Positions 60,228 through 64,000 of a DNA stretch of 64,000 nucleotides are shown here, one piece after another. The stretch comes from an uncultured Bacteroidales bacterium. GTDB lineage: Bacteria; Bacteroidota; Bacteroidia; Bacteroidales; UBA12077. The DNA lies in the NCBI GenBank assembly GCA_964587535.1, contig CAZPMA010000001.1, positions 13,153-77,152 of the forward strand, read 5' to 3'. Each line of letters starts with the position of its first letter. Position 1 is the stretch's first letter. The translations under genes and the position numbers were made by a program. The notes under the pieces are model-generated. The model did not search any database. It was not told the origin of the DNA and was given only the letters and a program-made list of their open reading frames with translations.

Positions 60228-61304
60228 ATGAAAAAAAGTTTTTTAACAGCTATTTTATTTTTACTTTTTATTAATATTTATTCGAGAAGTAATATTAATA
60301 AAGATTATAAGAAATATTACGAGTTTATCAATAGTGCTGAGTTACTGATCGTAGAAAATGATTTTTTTAATGCTCATCAGATTTATTCTGAAGCATTTAG
60401 GCAATGGCCAAAGGCTCCTTCGATTGATTATTATAATGCATTACTATGTGCTGTGAAATCAAACATTTATTCTGAAGCATTTAGTTATTTAGAAATATTA
60501 GCAAAAAAGGGTTGGGAATTAGACTATTTTTTAGAAAATCCATACCTTTCCGAGTTAAGAAAAGAAAGCGAATGGGAAAGATTTGTAGAAAATTATCCCA
60601 AATTTAATCAATTATATACAGAATCGTTAGATACTGAGCTGTTAAATGAATTAGCTAATATGTTAATTAAAGATCAATCTCTTGCAAAGTCGAATAGGTA
60701 TAATGAATATTTAAAAACAGTGATAAGTAATGCTGACCGAATTTATGAACTAATCTATAAAAACCAAACCAATAATATACATTTTGGTTCGGTATATTCG
60801 ATCTTGTATAGCCCATTCCCTGTTGTTCTATTGAGACATTATTGTGGGATTTATAATGAAGTACAGAAAGGGTATATTGATGTGTCAAAAATAATTAATG
60901 ATACATTGATGTTAGTAAATTTAGAAGATGCTTTATTAAAAGAAATTGAGAATGGAAATCTCTCACCACTTGTTTATGACTTAGCTGTTACGTATAGTAA
61001 TGATGCAAATCTTTATGGGAATGATTTATTTTTAGAGGTTGATACCGTTATTATTAGAAGAAAGATAGAAATTGAAGAGGAAAAACAAATTAATGAAAAG
61101 CGTTTAAAGATTGGTCAAGAACCAATTAGAGATTACATAAAAAAGTTGGAATTTAAGAGCAAGAAAATTGATGAAAATTTAGAAAAATATTTTTTTAAAT
61201 TCAGGATATCAAGTTCTTATACTTTAATTAAAGGTAATCCAGAAAGATTGAAAAGTTTTATAGAAGACAGATTAAATGAAGGATGGGTAAGAGTTACACC
61301 TTAA
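60228..61304 (+). CDS. Secreted hypothetical protein (TPR-like helical N-terminal part)
   Basis: Signal-like MKKSFLTAILFLLFINIYS. Its 3' end overlaps the ATP-grasp gene start by 22 nt. Confidence 0.6.
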   Translation: MKKSFLTAILFLLFINIYSRSNINKDYKKYYEFINSAELLIVENDFFNAHQIYSEAFRQWPKAPSIDYYNALLCAVKSNIYSEAFSYLEILAKKGWELDYFLENPYLSELRKESEWERFVENYPKFNQLYTESLDTELLNELANMLIKDQSLAKSNRYNEYLKTVISNADRIYELIYKNQTNNIHFGSVYSILYSPFPVVLLRHYCGIYNEVQKGYIDVSKIINDTLMLVNLEDALLKEIENGNLSPLVYDLAVTYSNDANLYGNDLFLEVDTVIIRRKIEIEEEKQINEKRLKIGQEPIRDYIKKLEFKSKKIDENLEKYFFKFRISSSYTLIKGNPERLKSFIEDRLNEGWVRVTP

Positions 61305-62284
61305 TAATTACAAATAAATTTGATTATTGTACAGATAGTATTATAAAATGGTTAAAGTTTTACAATCAAAGTTTTATAATAATTGATACAAATAAAAAAG
61401 TACAAATCACAAAAATTCTTATTAGTAATAAAGAAAAGAGAATTGAGTTATTAATCGATAATAAAAATATCGAATTAAAACAAATTGATTCTGTTGTTTT
61501 TTGGAAAGGAAGAATCCAATTCGACATACCAATAGTTCAATTAGAAAATAAAAAAGGAGATTACAAAAGAGAAGTGGATAGGTTCCTTAAAAGAGAATTA
61601 GAGACTATAACTAATTTAATTTATGATGATTTAAATAAAAAGAAAATTTTTGGTTTATGTATAACTAAGAACCCGAATAAACTTATATTATTAAATCTTG
61701 CAAAAGAAGTCGGATTGAATATTCCCGAAACAACAATTTCTTCAGTATCTAAAATTATTAAAGATAAAGTTAATGATACGGTATCAATTACCAAACCAAT
61801 ACAAGAGATATTTAATTATAGAGAAAGAGATAGAGCTTATGCAACCTTCACACAAATTATAAGTGTCAGAAAGGATCAAAGTTGGGATAAAATAATCTTT
61901 CCTTCTTTAATACAGAATAATATTGAGAAAAAATATGAATTAAGAATATTCTATTTTAATGACGAATTTTATACAATGGCTATATTTTCCCAATCTGATC
62001 AAAAAACTAGTACAGATTTTAGAGATTACAATTATGAAAAGCCCAATAGAATGGTTCCTTTTTTATTACCAAATGACATTAAAAAGAAATTAAGAACTTT
62101 AATAGCTCAAATAGGATATAATTCATGTTCAACTGATATAATTGTTAATAAGGATGGTGATTATATCTTTTTAGAAACTAATCCTTTAGGTCAGTTTGAT
62201 TTGGAATCATTGGTTTGTAATTATAAAATTGAAAAAAAGATTGTTGAATATTTAAAAAATAAAAGCTTGTGTGCAATAATATAG
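61283..62284 (+). CDS. ATP-grasp peptide maturase (MvdC/D-like; grasp-with-spasm type)
   Basis: N-terminus LIITNKFDYCTDSIIKWL. ATP-grasp core NK..LLNLAKEVGLNIPET, ELRIFYF, DFRDYN and FLETNPLGQFD. Confidence 0.8.
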   Translation: MGKSYTLIITNKFDYCTDSIIKWLKFYNQSFIIIDTNKKVQITKILISNKEKRIELLIDNKNIELKQIDSVVFWKGRIQFDIPIVQLENKKGDYKREVDRFLKRELETITNLIYDDLNKKKIFGLCITKNPNKLILLNLAKEVGLNIPETTISSVSKIIKDKVNDTVSITKPIQEIFNYRERDRAYATFTQIISVRKDQSWDKIIFPSLIQNNIEKKYELRIFYFNDEFYTMAIFSQSDQKTSTDFRDYNYEKPNRMVPFLLPNDIKKKLRTLIAQIGYNSCSTDIIVNKDGDYIFLETNPLGQFDLESLVCNYKIEKKIVEYLKNKSLCAII

Positions 62285-62425
62285 GATTACCCATATTATT
62301 CGAATATATTAAAGTAGAGGAAACTGATAAAAAAAGAAATCCTAAGATTAAGTTTATCCAAATGAAAACTGGTGAAACTAGTATTGTAGTTCCCTCTAAT
62401 AAAAGAATATCAAAATTATTTTAAA

Positions 62426-63532
62426 ATGGTTTATAAACTCTTTTCTAATTGTATTCCTGTTAAGGGATATAGAAGAAGTATTATTGTAGATACTCAAAGA
62501 GAGAATTATTATATTATTCCTAATGGATTATATGAAATACTGGTAAATGATACATTTTATTCAATTAAAGATATAAAAAGTAAAATTATGTTTGAATATC
62601 ATGATATTATAGACGAATACTTTGAGTATTTAAAAAATAGGGATTTGATTTTTAGTTGTGATATTAATGAAGTTAAATATTTTCCAAACTTGGATTTATG
62701 TTGGGATGAACCACATACTATTATAAATTCTATTATAGATGTAAATAAATATAGTCAACATAATTTCAAAGAAATATTTATACAACTAGATGAATTATTA
62801 TGTAAACACCTTGAAATAAGGTTTTTTAATTATGTGAAGTCAACTGATTTATATGAAATTATTGCAAAAACAGATAATAAATCTTTTCAAAGTATTGATA
62901 TAATTATGCCCTATAATAAAGAGTTTTCTATATTCGATTTAAATGAGATTTTAGATAAGTTCAAAAGGGTATCAAGCATTGTTATTTATAATTCTCCAAA
63001 TATTATTACCAACAAAGGAATAGAAAATTGTGATAATCACATTTTTTTTATTAAAAATGAGATTTCAGATAAAACAAATTGTGGAGTAATTAAAACATCT
63101 TCATTTTCTATGAACTTAAGTTTTTTCTGTGAGGCACAAGAATATAACACTTGCTTAAATAAAAAGTTGTGTATTGATACAGATGGAAATATAAAGAATT
63201 GTCCAAGTATTAATAAGTCTTATGGGAAAATAGAAAATATAGCTTTAAAAGATATTATAAATAAAAAAAAATTTCAATCTTATTGGCATATATCAAAAGA
63301 TCAAATTGAAGTGTGTAATTTATGCGAGTACAGATATATGTGTAATGATTGCAGAGCTTACGTAAAGGTTAATGACAATTTATACTCTCAACCTTTGAAA
63401 TGTAATTATAATCCATTTATTGCTAAGTGGGAAGGTGAAAAAGGGTACATTCCTATTGAAAATTTTGGATCTTATAATACTCAAGGTAAGTATATAGTTA
63501 ATTTAGAATATATGAAAGAGATAGATATATAA
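62426..63532 (+). CDS. SPASM-domain peptide maturase lacking the radical-SAM CxxxCxxC motif
   Basis: C-terminus C..C(x4)G(x4)C ... CNLCEYRYMCNDC ... KCNYNP, a 7-Cys SPASM pattern. No CxxxCxxC anywhere. The position where it is expected reads VNKYSQHN. Confidence 0.75.
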   Translation: MVYKLFSNCIPVKGYRRSIIVDTQRENYYIIPNGLYEILVNDTFYSIKDIKSKIMFEYHDIIDEYFEYLKNRDLIFSCDINEVKYFPNLDLCWDEPHTIINSIIDVNKYSQHNFKEIFIQLDELLCKHLEIRFFNYVKSTDLYEIIAKTDNKSFQSIDIIMPYNKEFSIFDLNEILDKFKRVSSIVIYNSPNIITNKGIENCDNHIFFIKNEISDKTNCGVIKTSSFSMNLSFFCEAQEYNTCLNKKLCIDTDGNIKNCPSINKSYGKIENIALKDIINKKKFQSYWHISKDQIEVCNLCEYRYMCNDCRAYVKVNDNLYSQPLKCNYNPFIAKWEGEKGYIPIENFGSYNTQGKYIVNLEYMKEIDI

Positions 63533-63577
63533 TAAATTTAAATGGAAAAAATATTAATCTTATCTTTATGACAAAAA

Positions 63578-64000
63578 ATGTCCTTCCCATTTTATAAACA
63601 ACTCGATGCTATGGATTGTGGCCCTTCGTGTTTACGGATGGTTGCAAAACATTATGGTAAAAATTATACCTTACAAACCCTTCGCGATAAAAGCTATATA
63701 ACCCGCGAAGGCGTTTCAATGCTAGGAATTAGCGATGCTGCAGAATCGATAGGTTTTCGAACAATGGGTGTTCGCATTACATTTGATCAACTTATGGAAG
63801 AAGCTCCGTTACCCTGTATCGCGCATTGGAAGCAAAATCATTTTGTTGTTGTTTACGAAATTAAAAAGGCTCGTAAGGGTAACATTATAGTGAAAGTTTC
63901 TGATCCTGCAAGAGGATTAATAAATTTTACCAAAGAAGAATTTCAACAGGGATGGGCCAATACAATCGAAGATGGCGAGAATAAAGGTTTATGCCTTTTG
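63578..64000 (+). CDS. Peptidase-C39-domain ABC exporter, N-terminal fragment (runs off the window)
   Basis: MSFPFYKQLDAMDCGPSCLRMVAKHYGKNYTL... (catalytic Cys context) ...CIAHWKQNHFVVV. Open to base 64000. Confidence 0.85.
   Translation, partial: MSFPFYKQLDAMDCGPSCLRMVAKHYGKNYTLQTLRDKSYITREGVSMLGISDAAESIGFRTMGVRITFDQLMEEAPLPCIAHWKQNHFVVVYEIKKARKGNIIVKVSDPARGLINFTKEEFQQGWANTIEDGENKGLCLL

Noticed and set aside
63542-63571. 9-codon ORF (MEKILILSL*) just upstream of the C39 exporter
   Set aside because: It is too short and featureless to support as a gene or precursor. It has no GG motif.

Overview
AT-rich chromosomal segment that looks like Bacteroidota. Evidence: a tmRNA encoding the tag GENNYALAA, GWxTD, M64, GldE-like and PpiD-like genes, and a TAnnTTTG-type -7 box.

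Positions 1-51 kb are mostly ordinary housekeeping and envelope genes. These include a GH109-like oxidoreductase, UDG, ssrA, acyl-CoA ligase, S8 protease, the ppiD / CNNM / LptC-like / TPR / OMP / coaX block, mfd, fbp, lysC, PPIases, an AGCS symporter, rlmD, ABC-F, rlmB, MscS and M64. Many intrinsic terminators lie between them. I found no rRNA, tRNA, CRISPR, transposase or integrase.

The unusual part is 52.5-64 kb, which runs off the window end. In order it contains:
- a sigma-70-family factor with a TM-TPR anti-sigma-like protein, convergent with a secreted, membrane-anchored TPR-CHAT (caspase-like) protein;
- an unannotated 56-aa peptide with a double-glycine leader;
- a paralogous TM-TPR protein;
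- a sensorless HisKA protein with a decayed ATPase domain;
- three tandem stand-alone LytTR DNA-binding proteins, with no receiver domain anywhere in the cluster;
- a 63-aa peptide gene followed by a hairpin;
- a secreted protein;
- an ATP-grasp peptide ligase;
- a SPASM-domain protein lacking the radical-SAM CxxxCxxC motif;
- the start of a C39-peptidase ABC exporter.

I read this as a peptide-regulated RiPP (grasp-with-spasm type) island with a non-canonical regulatory front end.

Smaller observations:
- a perfect 185-bp tandem duplication abutting the ssrA 3' end;
- a pair of divergent ECF-type promoters sharing GTAACC-N15/16-CGTCATAG;
- a histidine-kinase 3' relic;
- an orphan terminator with a tiny hydrophobic ORF;
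- a membrane FG-GAP-like / REC / LuxR fusion with a decayed kinase core.
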